From Sinorhizobium meliloti (GTDB lineage Bacteria; Pseudomonadota; Alphaproteobacteria; Rhizobiales; Rhizobiaceae): a DNA stretch of 32,000 nt. A model generated the notes under the pieces. The model did no database searches. It saw only the letters and a list, made by a program, of their open reading frames with translations, and was not told the origin of the DNA. This document shows, piece by piece, positions 9,601-20,450 of the stretch (position 1 is the first letter of the stretch; every line of letters starts with the position of its first letter). The position numbers and the translations under genes were made by a program. The DNA lies in assembly GCF_017876815.1 (NCBI RefSeq), contig NZ_JAGIOS010000001.1, positions 480,001-512,000 on the forward strand. The letters are read 5' to 3'.

Positions 9601-10100
9601 AGGCCGGCGAGATGGATCTCGACTTCGGCGCCGTGGATCTCAACGAGGCCGTCTCCGAGGCCGTGTCGCTGGTGCAGCCGCAGGCCAATAGCCAACGCGT
9701 GATCATCCGCACTTCGCTGTCGGGCTCCGTGCCCGAGGTCGTCGCCGACGACCGTTCGATCAAGCAGATCGCCCTGAACATCCTGGCGAATGCCATCCGC
9801 TTTACGCCGTCGGGCGGCCAGATCGTCGTGTCGACGTCCTACGAGGCTAATGGCAGCGTCATCCTGAGAATCCGCGACACGGGCATCGGCATGACCCGCA
9901 ACGAGCTCGACCAGGCGATGAAGCCCTTCCGCCAGGTCACGACCGGCGGCCGCAAGCGTGGCGACGGCACCGGGCTTGGCCTGCCGCTGACGAAGGCGAT
10001 GGCGGAAGCGAACCGCGCGCAGTTCGCCATCACTTCGGCCCCGAACGAGGGCACGCTGGTGGAAATATCCTTTCCCTCACAACGCGTCTTGGCCAATTGA
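6696..10100 (+). CDS. cbrA: Soluble multi-PAS sensor histidine kinase (PdhS/CbrA-like; HisKA + HATPase_c, no receiver, no TM segment seen)
   Basis: 1134 aa. H-box FLARVSHEIRTPLNAIIGFSDMM, N-box NILANAIRFTP, G-boxes IRDTGIGM and GTGLGLPL. PAS-like ILETATDGVVVLGRDGDIRTMNRSASALFDY. The cbrA symbol rests on my recollection that S. meliloti cbrA sits next to a phasin gene, so treat it as tentative. Confidence 0.8.
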   Translation: MPERQYPFIDIAVHARVREHFARGDASVLFSKNVARVLWANDQGAKLFGTTSVYDFIDTDLDPSDLSLRQLRAAAAQLAAVGDRRQLLIRMASGFRRLPLNAAVELIRIGPGEEAILFTVPNNGKALSTEARAEAMIAGLDGPDTHMAVLDADGTVIAGSPGFESLGLSADIRRTLVAAAASDKDRLIKRPVATEKGRLPAAVGKISDHPALHLLFAVEAILEKSETGEAVGAAAAEQAIPAAPAAPAETREAVPSSAAPAETEQPAGRLEEAEPAPSPEAAAPAEHEASVGDGTDDEAQGELAPQDEAEAADLAEPETPLEAEPASGEPAADADRGGETADFAFAAGGRAVRFVWKIDAEGRFSEISEEFASAVGPKAADVIGVSFTDLADRYDLDPDDKINELLHRRDTWSGKTIFWPVQGTNLKVPVDLAALPTYSRSREFDGFRGFGIVRIADAVPDAKAAGLALDRPAPAQIAQASSDMSAEGAGAPQAEAGSKTGPDAGSGKDAAEAAPDVSEDPFRGEQPALRVVETPGRQASDKVIDLDERRPAGAGALTRGEQAAFREIARQLGEHFAPDQLPQEGNTEGRHEADTSPSTPADTEESRQTEEAEAPGGWHDPTPAGETPAAAMEPGLTARNGAAMSSEILDRLPVALLVHHGDALLHANAEFLRLTGYENLEAFEQEGGLEALFALGNEAGAAKPNGTMTLVRKDGRLIPVGAHLHSIRWEGKSALMLALTPAGASEAEKQAREDEGAAEASRLRMEIDELRSILETATDGVVVLGRDGDIRTMNRSASALFDYDESDMRGKPFAALFAHESQKAVIDYLQGLSGHGVASVLNDGREVIGREAAGGFIPLFMTIGRLSSSNGYCAVIRDITQWKRTEEELRNAKRAAETANAHKTEFLARVSHEIRTPLNAIIGFSDMMASEHFGPIGHPRYIEYAGDIGRSGRHVLDIVNDLLDISKIEAGEMDLDFGAVDLNEAVSEAVSLVQPQANSQRVIIRTSLSGSVPEVVADDRSIKQIALNILANAIRFTPSGGQIVVSTSYEANGSVILRIRDTGIGMTRNELDQAMKPFRQVTTGGRKRGDGTGLGLPLTKAMAEANRAQFAITSAPNEGTLVEISFPSQRVLAN

Positions 10101-10204
10101 GACCGAATGCTGTAAGGAAATGTTGACCTGCGGGAGCCAGTTTGTCGGTTCTTGAAGGTTGAGGAAACTGCGGGCCGTTCCCTCACTCGTCATTTCGATC
10201 GGCA

Positions 10205-11905
10205 TTGCTTCGGACGGATCGTTTGCACTTCACCGCCAAAAGCCTCAAGCGGCGCTACGCCAGCTCCGGCACCGGCCTTCACCATCCGCTGCTCACCGGC
10301 TGGGCCGGACTCGCCTCCGCCGTCGTGCTCATGCCGATTCTTGCCATTGCGTGGCTAGCCGTTTCCGGCGGCACCGCAGACTGGCCGCATCTCATCCAAA
10401 ACGTGATCCCGCGTGCAACCGGCCGCACGCTTCTCCTGGTCCTGTTCACAGGCACCGCCACCGCCATGATCGGCATCGTCACCGCCTGGCTGGTGGCGAC
10501 CTATGAATTTCCATTACGCCGCTTCCTTTCGGCGGCCCTGGTGCTGCCGCTTGCCATACCGGCCTATCTTTCGGCCTATGCCTTCGGGGAGTTGCTCACC
10601 TTCACCGGCCCTGTGCAGGGCTTGGTGCGGGCCCTCTTCGGATTTCAGACGAGCCGCGATTACTGGTTTCCCGACGTGCGTTCCCTCGGCGGCGCGGTGC
10701 TCGTTCTGAGCTCGGTGCTCTATCCCTATATCTATCTCGCCTGCCGTTCCATGTTCCTCATGCAGGGCCGCGCCGCCGCGGACGTGGCGCGGACGCTCGG
10801 GGCCGGACCGCTGAAGGTCTTCTTCCGCGTCCAGCTTCCGATGGCGCGGCCGGCGATCATGATCGGCCTCACGCTCGTTGCCATGGAAACGCTGAACGAT
10901 ATCGGGGCGGTAGAATTTCTCGGCGTGCAGACCCTGACCTTCTCCATCTTCGATACCTGGCTCAACCGTGGCAGCCTCGCCGGCGCGGCGCAGATCGCCT
11001 GCATCATGCTGGTTTTCGTCATCGGCCTGATGATGGTCGAGCGGGCGGCACGCCGCAGACAGCGCTTTGCGAGCCAGAAGACCACGGCCGCAGTTCACGA
11101 CGCCGCGAGGCTGAAACTTTCCGGCTGGAAGAAATGGGCCGCGACGGCCGCCTGCCTTCTGCCGATACTGTCGGGCTTTGCCGTTCCCTTCCTTGTTCTG
11201 GGCGACTATGCCCTGAAACGCCTCGACCAGTTCCTGGCGCCGCGCCTCCTGAGCGCGCTGCTGCACAGCATCCTGGTGTCCGGTCTGACGGCGTTTGCGA
11301 CCGTGCTCCTGGGTTTCGTGCTCGCCTATGCCGCGCGCACCGGGCGTTCGCGCATCACCGATATCGCCGGGCGGCTCGCCTCCTTCGGCTATGGTGTGCC
11401 CGGTACCGTACTGGCGATCGGGGTGCTCTTTCCGCTCGCGGCCCTCGACAACACCATCGACGCCGAGATGCGGGGGCTTTTCGGGATTTCCACCGGCCTG
11501 CTCATGAGCGGCACCGGCTTTGCCATCATCTATGCCTGCACGGTCCGCTTCCTGACCATGGCGGAAGGGACGCTCGAGGCCGGCTTCCAGAAACTGTCGC
11601 CGCATCTCGATATGGCCGCACGAGCGCTCGGGCGCACGAGCGGCCAGACGCTGCGCGCGGTGCTCCTGCCGATGATGCGGCCCGCAGTGCTGACGGCCGC
11701 GCTCCTCGTCTTCATAGAAACGATGAAGGAGCTTTCCGCGACCATCATGCTGCGCCCGTTCAATTTCAATACGCTGGCGACGCTCGTCTACGAGGATGCC
11801 TCGCGGGCGAAGGTGGAAGACGCCTCCGTTGCGGCGATGATCATCGTCCTCGCCGGGATGGTCCCCGTCATCCTGGTGTCCCGGTCGCTCGAACGCCGGT
11901 CATAG
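10205..11905 (+). CDS. Fe(III)/thiamine-type ABC transporter permease with two fused transmembrane domains (FbpB-like)
   Basis: 566 aa and very hydrophobic, with two EAA-loop-like regions (ARTLGAGPLKVFFRVQLPMARPAI and ARALGRTSGQTLRAVLLPMMRPAV). The first codon in the track is TTG, so the true start is uncertain. No cognate ATPase or binding-protein gene is adjacent. Confidence 0.8.
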   Translation: MLRTDRLHFTAKSLKRRYASSGTGLHHPLLTGWAGLASAVVLMPILAIAWLAVSGGTADWPHLIQNVIPRATGRTLLLVLFTGTATAMIGIVTAWLVATYEFPLRRFLSAALVLPLAIPAYLSAYAFGELLTFTGPVQGLVRALFGFQTSRDYWFPDVRSLGGAVLVLSSVLYPYIYLACRSMFLMQGRAAADVARTLGAGPLKVFFRVQLPMARPAIMIGLTLVAMETLNDIGAVEFLGVQTLTFSIFDTWLNRGSLAGAAQIACIMLVFVIGLMMVERAARRRQRFASQKTTAAVHDAARLKLSGWKKWAATAACLLPILSGFAVPFLVLGDYALKRLDQFLAPRLLSALLHSILVSGLTAFATVLLGFVLAYAARTGRSRITDIAGRLASFGYGVPGTVLAIGVLFPLAALDNTIDAEMRGLFGISTGLLMSGTGFAIIYACTVRFLTMAEGTLEAGFQKLSPHLDMAARALGRTSGQTLRAVLLPMMRPAVLTAALLVFIETMKELSATIMLRPFNFNTLATLVYEDASRAKVEDASVAAMIIVLAGMVPVILVSRSLERRS

Positions 11906-11910
11906 ATCAC

Positions 11911-12100
11911 GTATTCCTGTGCCCGTCGCAGGGATGAGATGGTTGGGCAGAGGGGGGTGTCACCCGACCTAAAATCTCGTGATCTATGCAAGGGATCGCA
12001 CCCTCTCCGCCCTCATCCCTGTGCTCGTCACAGGGATGAGGAAGTCGGGGATGAGCCGGCACTACGACAACGTCCGCTTGCGGTATGCGAGTGAGTCTCA
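11911..12100. repeat. Intergenic mosaic palindromic repeat, copy A (RIME/REP-like)
   Basis: Perfect 13-bp stem CCTCATCCCTGTG-ctcgt-CACAGGGATGAGG at 12011-12041. A weaker sibling hairpin ATTCCTGTG..CGCAGGGAT lies at 11913-11935. The tail ACGACAACGTCCGCTTGCGGTATGCG is shared with copy C. Confidence 0.6.
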
Positions 12101-12195
12101 CGGACTGCACCCACTCTTCCTTCCATTCTCCTGCCCCGCGTCAGCGGCGCGGGCAGAAGAACAGCGGCGCAATGGAGACGGATGTCAGCCCCAAT

Positions 12196-14148
<1,953 letters not shown>

Positions 14149-14320
14149 GCTCTCCTCCACTCTTCGGACTTTTCTATATCATGCTGCAGCGCGGTACAAA
14201 CAGCGCGGATGCGGCTCCGCATGGTCGCGACGGCGACATTTTCATGTCAGTGGCATTTGCTTTATGCAAGCCGAAGTCCTATCCAAGCGGCTTACCCGAG
14301 GCGATGGCAAGTCCGACCGA

Positions 14321-16147
14321 ATGACGAGGAAGATGTTCCAGATATTGCGCGATTCGCGCCTGTGGGCGCGGCTTCGCCGACGCCACCTCGTTTGGTCGGC
14401 CGCCATAGGCATCGCCCTCGCCGCCGCGTACAATGCCGCGCTGCCGCTCGTGGTTTCGACGACCGAGGCCCGCGCGACGATGGAGCGGATGCTCGACGAC
14501 TGGTCGGGCGGGAAGAGCACGATCAGCGGCGAGCCGGAAGTCCGGTTCTGGCCGGAACCCCTGGTGACGCTCCCCGCAACGACGATCGTCTCCACCGGAC
14601 CCGAACCGCGCCGGCTCGCAGAGATCGGCCGCATCACCGCTTCGTTCAGCCTGCTTTCCGCACTTCGGGGCGAACAGGCTCTTGAGGAGATCACGCTCGT
14701 CGATCCGGTCATCACGCTCGAGCGCGGAGCGAACGGCGCCGTCAACTGGCAAAAGCCGGACTGGCTGGTGCCGCCGGGTAATGCCATGCCGCGGGATGAG
14801 GCTCCCTTCGGAGATATCACGATCGAGAATGGCCGCTTCCGCGTTGTCGACCGCCTGGCGGCGACCGGGGAGGGCGTAGACGTCGCGGGGATTTCCGGGA
14901 CCCTCAAATGGCCTTCCTTCGGTGGGCGGCTGAGCGCACAATTTGCCGCGGTCATCGGCGGCGAAGCGGTAGGCTGGGCCTTCGTATGCGAAGAACCGCT
15001 CGCCCTCTTTGCCAGGCGCAACGCCGCTCTCAAGACATCGCTGACGTCGGCTCCGTTGACCTTTTCCTTCGAGGGCACCGGCAATTTCTCGTCGCAGCCT
15101 TTCGCCTCCGGCCATCTGCAGATGTCCGCACCTTCGCTGGCAGCGCTTGCCGCGTGGTACCGCGGGTCTCCGGATGCGGAATTGCCCCCGGGCGGGTTCA
15201 GTATCGATACGAGGGTGACCACCGGTGAGACGGCGCTGAAGCTCGAGGAGCTCCAGCTGGCGATCGGCGAGGCCACGGCGACGGGCGTTCTGGACGTGCA
15301 ATTGCCGTCCGGCAAAGGGCCGCGCGTGGAAGGCACGCTCGCCTTCGACCGGATCGATCTCAACGGTTTGCCATTGGCAACGCTGAAGCCGGCGCAGGGG
15401 GACGACCGCGGATGGCGGATGGCCCAGGCTCTTGTCGGGGGCTGGCGCCTGGATGTCCGGCTGTCGTCGCAGGAAGTCCTGGCCGGTCCGTTGCACCTGA
15501 CCGATGTCGCGGCCGGGGTGATGATCGATGGAAGCCGGGTTTCGCTCGACATCGGAGACAGCACCTATGCGAATGGCAGGCTGAGCGGCCGCGCCGTGCT
15601 TTCAGAGAAAGGGGTGGGGCAAGGCGGCAAGCTGCAGGTGAACCTGAAAGACGCCGACTTCGCTGCGGTCCTCGACAGCTTCGGCCTCAAGGGTCCCGTT
15701 CCGACAGGCCGGGGCGTTCTCAGCGTCGATCTTGCCACCGGTCGCCCCCTCTGGGAGGCCGGCGTCGCCGATGTCTTCGGCCGTCTCGATTATTCGCTCA
15801 CCAATGGCAGGCTCGCCGATTTCGACGTTCACGCCTTCACCGATCTCGTGCGCAAGGGGGAATTCTTCTCCCTGTCGCAGGCAAGCGACGGCACGCTCGA
15901 GTTCCAGACGGCAGACATCGAGGCGAGCTTCGGCGGCGGCACCGCCCGGCTGGACCGGGCCGCTTTCGTCGGCCCCGCCGGCAATATTTCGGTGACCGGC
16001 GTCGTCCCCTATCGAAGCGGCAGTCTGGCCCTGGCGGGGACGCTCGCGGCCCCCGAGGCCGGCAAGGAGCCGCTGCAATTCTTCATCGGCGGCTCCTGGC
16101 CGAATGCGGTGATCTCGCCGCTTTCGGTTCTCCTCAGCCCGAAGTGA
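14321..16147 (+). CDS. AsmA-family outer-membrane assembly/translocation-like protein
   Basis: Track ORF is 14078..16147. Its first 81 codons overlap the acsA2 start and promoter. I start at the ATG at 14321 (MTRKMFQILRDSRLWARLRRRHLVWSAAIGIALAAAYNAAL), which gives an N-terminal anchor followed by a long beta-rich, Gly/Leu/Ala-rich body typical of AsmA proteins. The start could also be 14264 or 14333. Confidence 0.7.
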   Translation: MTRKMFQILRDSRLWARLRRRHLVWSAAIGIALAAAYNAALPLVVSTTEARATMERMLDDWSGGKSTISGEPEVRFWPEPLVTLPATTIVSTGPEPRRLAEIGRITASFSLLSALRGEQALEEITLVDPVITLERGANGAVNWQKPDWLVPPGNAMPRDEAPFGDITIENGRFRVVDRLAATGEGVDVAGISGTLKWPSFGGRLSAQFAAVIGGEAVGWAFVCEEPLALFARRNAALKTSLTSAPLTFSFEGTGNFSSQPFASGHLQMSAPSLAALAAWYRGSPDAELPPGGFSIDTRVTTGETALKLEELQLAIGEATATGVLDVQLPSGKGPRVEGTLAFDRIDLNGLPLATLKPAQGDDRGWRMAQALVGGWRLDVRLSSQEVLAGPLHLTDVAAGVMIDGSRVSLDIGDSTYANGRLSGRAVLSEKGVGQGGKLQVNLKDADFAAVLDSFGLKGPVPTGRGVLSVDLATGRPLWEAGVADVFGRLDYSLTNGRLADFDVHAFTDLVRKGEFFSLSQASDGTLEFQTADIEASFGGGTARLDRAAFVGPAGNISVTGVVPYRSGSLALAGTLAAPEAGKEPLQFFIGGSWPNAVISPLSVLLSPK

Positions 16148-16249
16148 CATCGATGCAATAACGCACTTCCGGAGGGAAAACCATTACACACTTTTCCTGG
16201 AAATGCTTTGAGGCCTGTTGAGATTGGGAATCTCGCCGCGGCTTGTTTG

Positions 16250-16290
16250 ATCTTCTCATCCCTGTGCTCATCACAGAGATGACGAGGAAG
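16250..16290. repeat. Intergenic palindromic repeat, copy B (degenerate)
   Basis: TCATCCCTGTG-ctcat-CACAGAGATGA at 16256-16283. It has the same core as copies A and C with one stem mismatch, and lies between the convergent asmA-like and potI genes. Confidence 0.5.
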
Positions 16291-16351
16291 AGAGATGGCA
16301 CTCGTCCGAGCAGCCGTCACAAACTCGAGATGAACCTCAACACGCCCTCGC

Positions 16352-17173
16352 TCACCCAATCGCCGCGAAGGCTGCTCGCTCGTCCTTTTCGCGCTGGACT
16401 TCACGACGCTTCGTGACGATCGATGCGACGATCACGCCCAGCGCGACGATGCCGATCAGGATCGTGCAGATGGCATTGATTTCCGGCGTCACGCCGAGAC
16501 GGACCTGGCTGTAGATCTTCATCGGCAGCGTCGTGGCGCCCGGCCCGGTCGTGAAGCTTGAAATCACGAGATCGTCGAGCGACAGCGTGAAAGCGAGAAT
16601 CCAGCCGGAAAAGACGGCCGGCGCGATCACCGGCAGCGTGATCGCGAAGAAGGTCCTGACCGGGGTCGCGCCGAGATCGAGCGCCGCCTCCTCGATCGAC
16701 TGGTCGAAGCTCAGAAGACGCGACTGGACCACGACCGCGACGAAACACATGGTGAAGGTGATATGGGCGAGCGTGATCGTCCAGAAACCGCGGTCGAACC
16801 CGATCGCCACGAAGAGCAGCAGCAGCGACAGGCCGGTGATCACCTCCGGCATCACCAGGGGCGCATAGACCATGCCGGAAAACAGAACGCGGCCGCGAAA
16901 GCGGGTGTAGCGCACCAGCGCGAGCGCCGCCAGAGTTCCGAGGACGGTCGCGCAGGTCGCCGAAAGGAGCGCCACCCGGATCGTTACCCAGGCCGCGTCA
17001 AGAAGTCCCTGGTTATGCCAGAGCTGGGTGTACCATTTGGTCGAGAACCCGGCCCAGACGGTGACCAGTTTCGACTCGTTGAAGGAGAAGATCACCAGGA
17101 GCACGATCGGCAGATAGAGAAAGCCGAAGCCCAGAACGACCGAGGCGATGTTGAAACGGGACCACTTCTCCAT
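16352..17173 (-). CDS. potI: Putrescine/spermidine ABC transporter permease
   Basis: 273 aa, six hydrophobic segments, EAA-type loop EEAALDLGATPVRTFFAITLPVIAPAV. The ATG lies 3 nt after the potH stop (GAGAGGTGACCTATG). Confidence 0.9.
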   Translation of the reverse strand: MEKWSRFNIASVVLGFGFLYLPIVLLVIFSFNESKLVTVWAGFSTKWYTQLWHNQGLLDAAWVTIRVALLSATCATVLGTLAALALVRYTRFRGRVLFSGMVYAPLVMPEVITGLSLLLLFVAIGFDRGFWTITLAHITFTMCFVAVVVQSRLLSFDQSIEEAALDLGATPVRTFFAITLPVIAPAVFSGWILAFTLSLDDLVISSFTTGPGATTLPMKIYSQVRLGVTPEINAICTILIGIVALGVIVASIVTKRREVQREKDERAAFAAIG

Positions 17174-17176
17174 AGG

Positions 17177-18088
17177 TCACCTCTCCTCGCCGTCGGCTTT
17201 GGCCTGGATGTTCTGGAAATAGACGATCGGTATCACCAGGATCATGAGCAGGATGATCGCCACCGCCGACGAAACCGGCCAGTCGCGATTGGAATTGAAT
17301 TCGCTCCACAAGGTCTTGCCGATCATCAGTGTTTCCGAGCCGCCGAGGAGGTCGGGGATCACGAATTCGCCGACAGCCGGAATGAAAACGAGGAGGCAGC
17401 CCGCCACCACGCCGGGGAGCGACAGAGGAAAGGTCACGCGCCAGAAGGCGGCGGCAGGCGTGCAGCCGAGGTCCTGGGCGGCTTCCGTCAGCGAATGGTC
17501 CATCTTCTCAAGCGCCGAGTAGATCGGCAGCACCATGAAGGGCAGATAGGAATAGACGATGCCGATATAGATCGCCAAGTTGGTGTTGAGGATGATGAGC
17601 GGCTGATCGATCAGGCCGACCGCCGACAGAAACTGGTTGAGCAGGCCCTCCGGCTTCAGGATGGCGATCCAGGCATAGACGCGGATCAGAAAGCTCGTCC
17701 AGAAGGGAAGGATCACCATCATCAGCAGCGTGGGCCGCAGCGAACGCGGCGCCTTTGCCATGCCATAGGCGATCGGATAGCCGATCAGGAGCGTCAGGAA
17801 GGTCGAGATGGCGGCGATGACGACGCTCGACACATAGGCGTTGAAATAGAGGACGTCCTCCGTCAGCCAGACGTAGTTGTCGAGCGAGAATTCGCCAAGC
17901 TTCTCCATAATGCCGGAAAGGCCGCCGGCCAGGTCGAAGACGGGCATATAGGGCGGCATCGCAACGGCCGTCTGCGACAGCGAGATGCGGAAAACGATGA
18001 AGAACGGGATGAGGAAGAAGAACAGGAGCCAGGCATAGGGAATGATTATGACCAGGCGGCTGACGAGGGCTGAGGCAAGTTTCGCCAT
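17177..18088 (-). CDS. potH: Putrescine/spermidine ABC transporter permease
   Basis: 303 aa, with loop TEAAQDLGCTPAAAFWRVTFPLSLPGV. The ATG lies 4 nt after the potG stop, with AAGGA upstream. Confidence 0.9.
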   Translation of the reverse strand: MAKLASALVSRLVIIIPYAWLLFFFLIPFFIVFRISLSQTAVAMPPYMPVFDLAGGLSGIMEKLGEFSLDNYVWLTEDVLYFNAYVSSVVIAAISTFLTLLIGYPIAYGMAKAPRSLRPTLLMMVILPFWTSFLIRVYAWIAILKPEGLLNQFLSAVGLIDQPLIILNTNLAIYIGIVYSYLPFMVLPIYSALEKMDHSLTEAAQDLGCTPAAAFWRVTFPLSLPGVVAGCLLVFIPAVGEFVIPDLLGGSETLMIGKTLWSEFNSNRDWPVSSAVAIILLMILVIPIVYFQNIQAKADGEER

Positions 18089-18092
18089 GGCT

Positions 18093-19238
18093 TCAATCCT
18101 TCAATACGACGCCCGCGTCGTCGCCGAAGGAGATCCAGACCTGCTGGTCGTAGCCGAGCGGGTCCTCGACCGCCCGCACCGCATTCAGCGATGACGCCTT
18201 GACGACCTTGCCGTCCTTCAGCCGGATGTGAAAAACCGTCATGTCGCCGAGGTAGCCGATGTCCCATATCTCGCCTTCGGCGGCGTTCACCGGCGCATGC
18301 GCCGGCGGCTGTCGGCCGATTCTGATCTTCTCGGGCCGGATGGCGACAGCCGCCTTTGCGCCGTTCCCCGGTTTTTCCGGCGACGCCATCCGGACCGGGA
18401 TGCCGCCCGTCGTCTCGACACGGATATAGCCGTCTTCAGCCGAGGTCACCTTACCGTCGAATATGTTCACGTCGCCGATGAAGTCAGCGACGAAGCGCGA
18501 ATTCGGCGCTTCGTAGATCTCCGCCGGCGTCGCCACCTGGACGACCTTGCCGTGGCTCATGACGGCGATGCGGTCCGCCATCGTCATCGCCTCTTCCTGG
18601 TCGTGGGTGACGACGACGAAGGTGAGGCCGAGTTCCTGCTGCAGGTCCATGAGCTCGAATTGCGTTTCCTCGCGCAGCTTCTTGTCGAGCGCGCCGAGCG
18701 GCTCGTCGAGCAGCAGCACCTTCGGCCGCTTTGCCAGCGAACGGGCAAGGGCGACGCGCTGGCGCTGGCCGCCGGAAAGCTGATGCGGCTTGCGCTTGGC
18801 GAACTTCTCCAGCTTGACAAGCTTCAGCATCTGCGCGACGCGTTCGGCGATGTCCGCTTTCGGCATTCCGTCCTGCTTCAGGCCGAAGGCGACGTTGTTT
18901 TCGACCGTCATGTGCGGAAACAGCGCATAGGACTGGAACATCATATTGACCGGGCGGCGGTAGGGCGGGATGCCCGCCAGGCTCTGGCCGTCGAGGATGA
19001 TTTCGCCTGATGTCGGCTGCTCGAAACCGGCCAGCATCCGCAGGAGGGTGGATTTGCCGCAGCCCGAAGCGCCGAGGAGCGCGAAGAATTCGCGCGTGTA
19101 GATGTTCAGCGAAAGATCGTCCACGGCGGTGAAGTCACCGAACTTTTTGGTGACGTTCTTGACGGAAATGAAAGGCTTGGAGGCGGGGTCCGCCCATGGC
19201 GCGAAAGAACGCCGGATACTTCCGAGAGACTTCATCAT
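18093..19238 (-). CDS. potG: Putrescine ABC transporter ATP-binding protein
   Basis: 381 aa. Walker A GASGCGKST, signature LSGGQRQRVALARS, Walker B VLLLDEP, and a TOBE-like C-terminus. SD GAGGATAG lies upstream. Confidence 0.93.
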   Translation of the reverse strand: MMKSLGSIRRSFAPWADPASKPFISVKNVTKKFGDFTAVDDLSLNIYTREFFALLGASGCGKSTLLRMLAGFEQPTSGEIILDGQSLAGIPPYRRPVNMMFQSYALFPHMTVENNVAFGLKQDGMPKADIAERVAQMLKLVKLEKFAKRKPHQLSGGQRQRVALARSLAKRPKVLLLDEPLGALDKKLREETQFELMDLQQELGLTFVVVTHDQEEAMTMADRIAVMSHGKVVQVATPAEIYEAPNSRFVADFIGDVNIFDGKVTSAEDGYIRVETTGGIPVRMASPEKPGNGAKAAVAIRPEKIRIGRQPPAHAPVNAAEGEIWDIGYLGDMTVFHIRLKDGKVVKASSLNAVRAVEDPLGYDQQVWISFGDDAGVVLKD

Positions 19239-19304
19239 CTATCCTCGAATGGCACAGTCCATACGCAATGGCCGGCGCCGACACGTCGAGAGTTGAGCGC
19301 AGAA

Positions 19305-19344
19305 ACTTACAAGAAAATTGCCCGGATTTGAGGTCCGGGCAATT
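19305..19344 (-). terminator. Intercistronic hairpin / partial terminator between potF and potG
   Basis: Perfect 11-bp stem AATTGCCCGGA (19316-19326) / TCCGGGCAATT (19334-19344). On the minus strand it is followed by TTCTTGTAAGTTTCT, and it starts 11 nt after the potF stop. Confidence 0.55.
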
Positions 19345-19355
19345 CGTTTTCGCTC

Positions 19356-20450
19356 CTACTGACCAGTGACGATCCTGGTCCAGAGCCGGGTCAATACCCT
19401 CTGCTCCTTAGCCTCGAAGGGCGTCGTGGTGAAGAGTTTCTGCATCACGGCATCGGACGGATAGATGGCGGTGTCCTCGAGCACTTCCTTGTCGAGGAAC
19501 TGCTGCGAGGCCTTGTTGCCATTGGCGTAGAACACGTAGTTCGAGGCCTTGGCGATGACTTCCGGCTTCATCATGTAGTTGATGAACTCGTGCGCCTCGG
19601 CGACATGCGGTGCGTCGGCAGGGATAGCCAGCATGTCGAACCACATCTGCGCGCCCTGCTCCGGGATCGAATAGTCGACCGTCACGCCGGCCTTTGCCTC
19701 GGCAGCACGGTCGCGCGCCTGGAAGACGTCGCCCGAGAAGCCGACGGCCAGGCAGATGTCGCCGTTTGCGAGCGCGTTGATATATTCAGACGAATGGAAC
19801 TTGCGGATATTGGGACGGACCTTCATCAGCAGGTCGGCTGCCTTTTCGAGATCCGCCTGGTCGTGGCTGTCGGGATTGAGCCCCAGATAGGCGAGCGCCG
19901 AGGGCATGATGTCGGTGGGCGAATCGAGGAGATGGATGCCGCAGTCCTTGAACTTCGCCGCAATCTCCGGGTCGAAAATCACATCCCAGTTCGGCTTCTC
20001 GTCCGTGCCGAGAATCTCCTTCATCTTCTCGACATTGTAGCCGATGCCGGTCGTGCCCCACATGTAGTCGACGGCGTATTCGTTGCCGGGATCGTACTGC
20101 GCGGTACGCTCCATGACCATGTCCCACATGTTGGAAATGTTCGGCAGCTTCGACTTGTCGAGCTTCTGGAACACCCCGGCAGCGATCTGGCGCTGCAGGA
20201 AATAGGCGGTCGGAACGACGACGTCGTAACCGGAACCGCCGGCGAGCAGCTTCGTTTCCAGAATCTCGTTCGAGTCGAAGACGTCATAGACGACCTTGAT
20301 GCCGGTCTCCTTGGTGAACTCCTCCAGAATACTGTCGTCGATATAGTCCGACCAGTTATAGACGTTGACGACCCGCTCCTGAGCGAAAGCCAGCATGGTG
20401 GATCCCGCAAGCACCGCGGTGGTCAAGGTTGCGACGATGAGTTTGGACAT
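19356..20450 (-). CDS. potF: Putrescine-binding periplasmic protein
   Basis: 364 aa with signal peptide MSKLIVATLTTAVLAGSTMLAFAQE, then VNVYNWSDYIDDSILEEFTKETGIKVVYDVFDSNE, a typical PotF/PotD N-terminus. SD GGGGAG lies upstream. Confidence 0.93.
   Translation of the reverse strand: MSKLIVATLTTAVLAGSTMLAFAQERVVNVYNWSDYIDDSILEEFTKETGIKVVYDVFDSNEILETKLLAGGSGYDVVVPTAYFLQRQIAAGVFQKLDKSKLPNISNMWDMVMERTAQYDPGNEYAVDYMWGTTGIGYNVEKMKEILGTDEKPNWDVIFDPEIAAKFKDCGIHLLDSPTDIMPSALAYLGLNPDSHDQADLEKAADLLMKVRPNIRKFHSSEYINALANGDICLAVGFSGDVFQARDRAAEAKAGVTVDYSIPEQGAQMWFDMLAIPADAPHVAEAHEFINYMMKPEVIAKASNYVFYANGNKASQQFLDKEVLEDTAIYPSDAVMQKLFTTTPFEAKEQRVLTRLWTRIVTGQ

Noticed and set aside
12131-12156. GC-rich hairpin CTGCCCCGCG..CGCGGGCAG as the terminator of acsA2
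   Set aside because: The stem is imperfect and is not followed by a T/U tract on either strand. It is more likely part of the mosaic repeat region, so I did not annotate it as a terminator.
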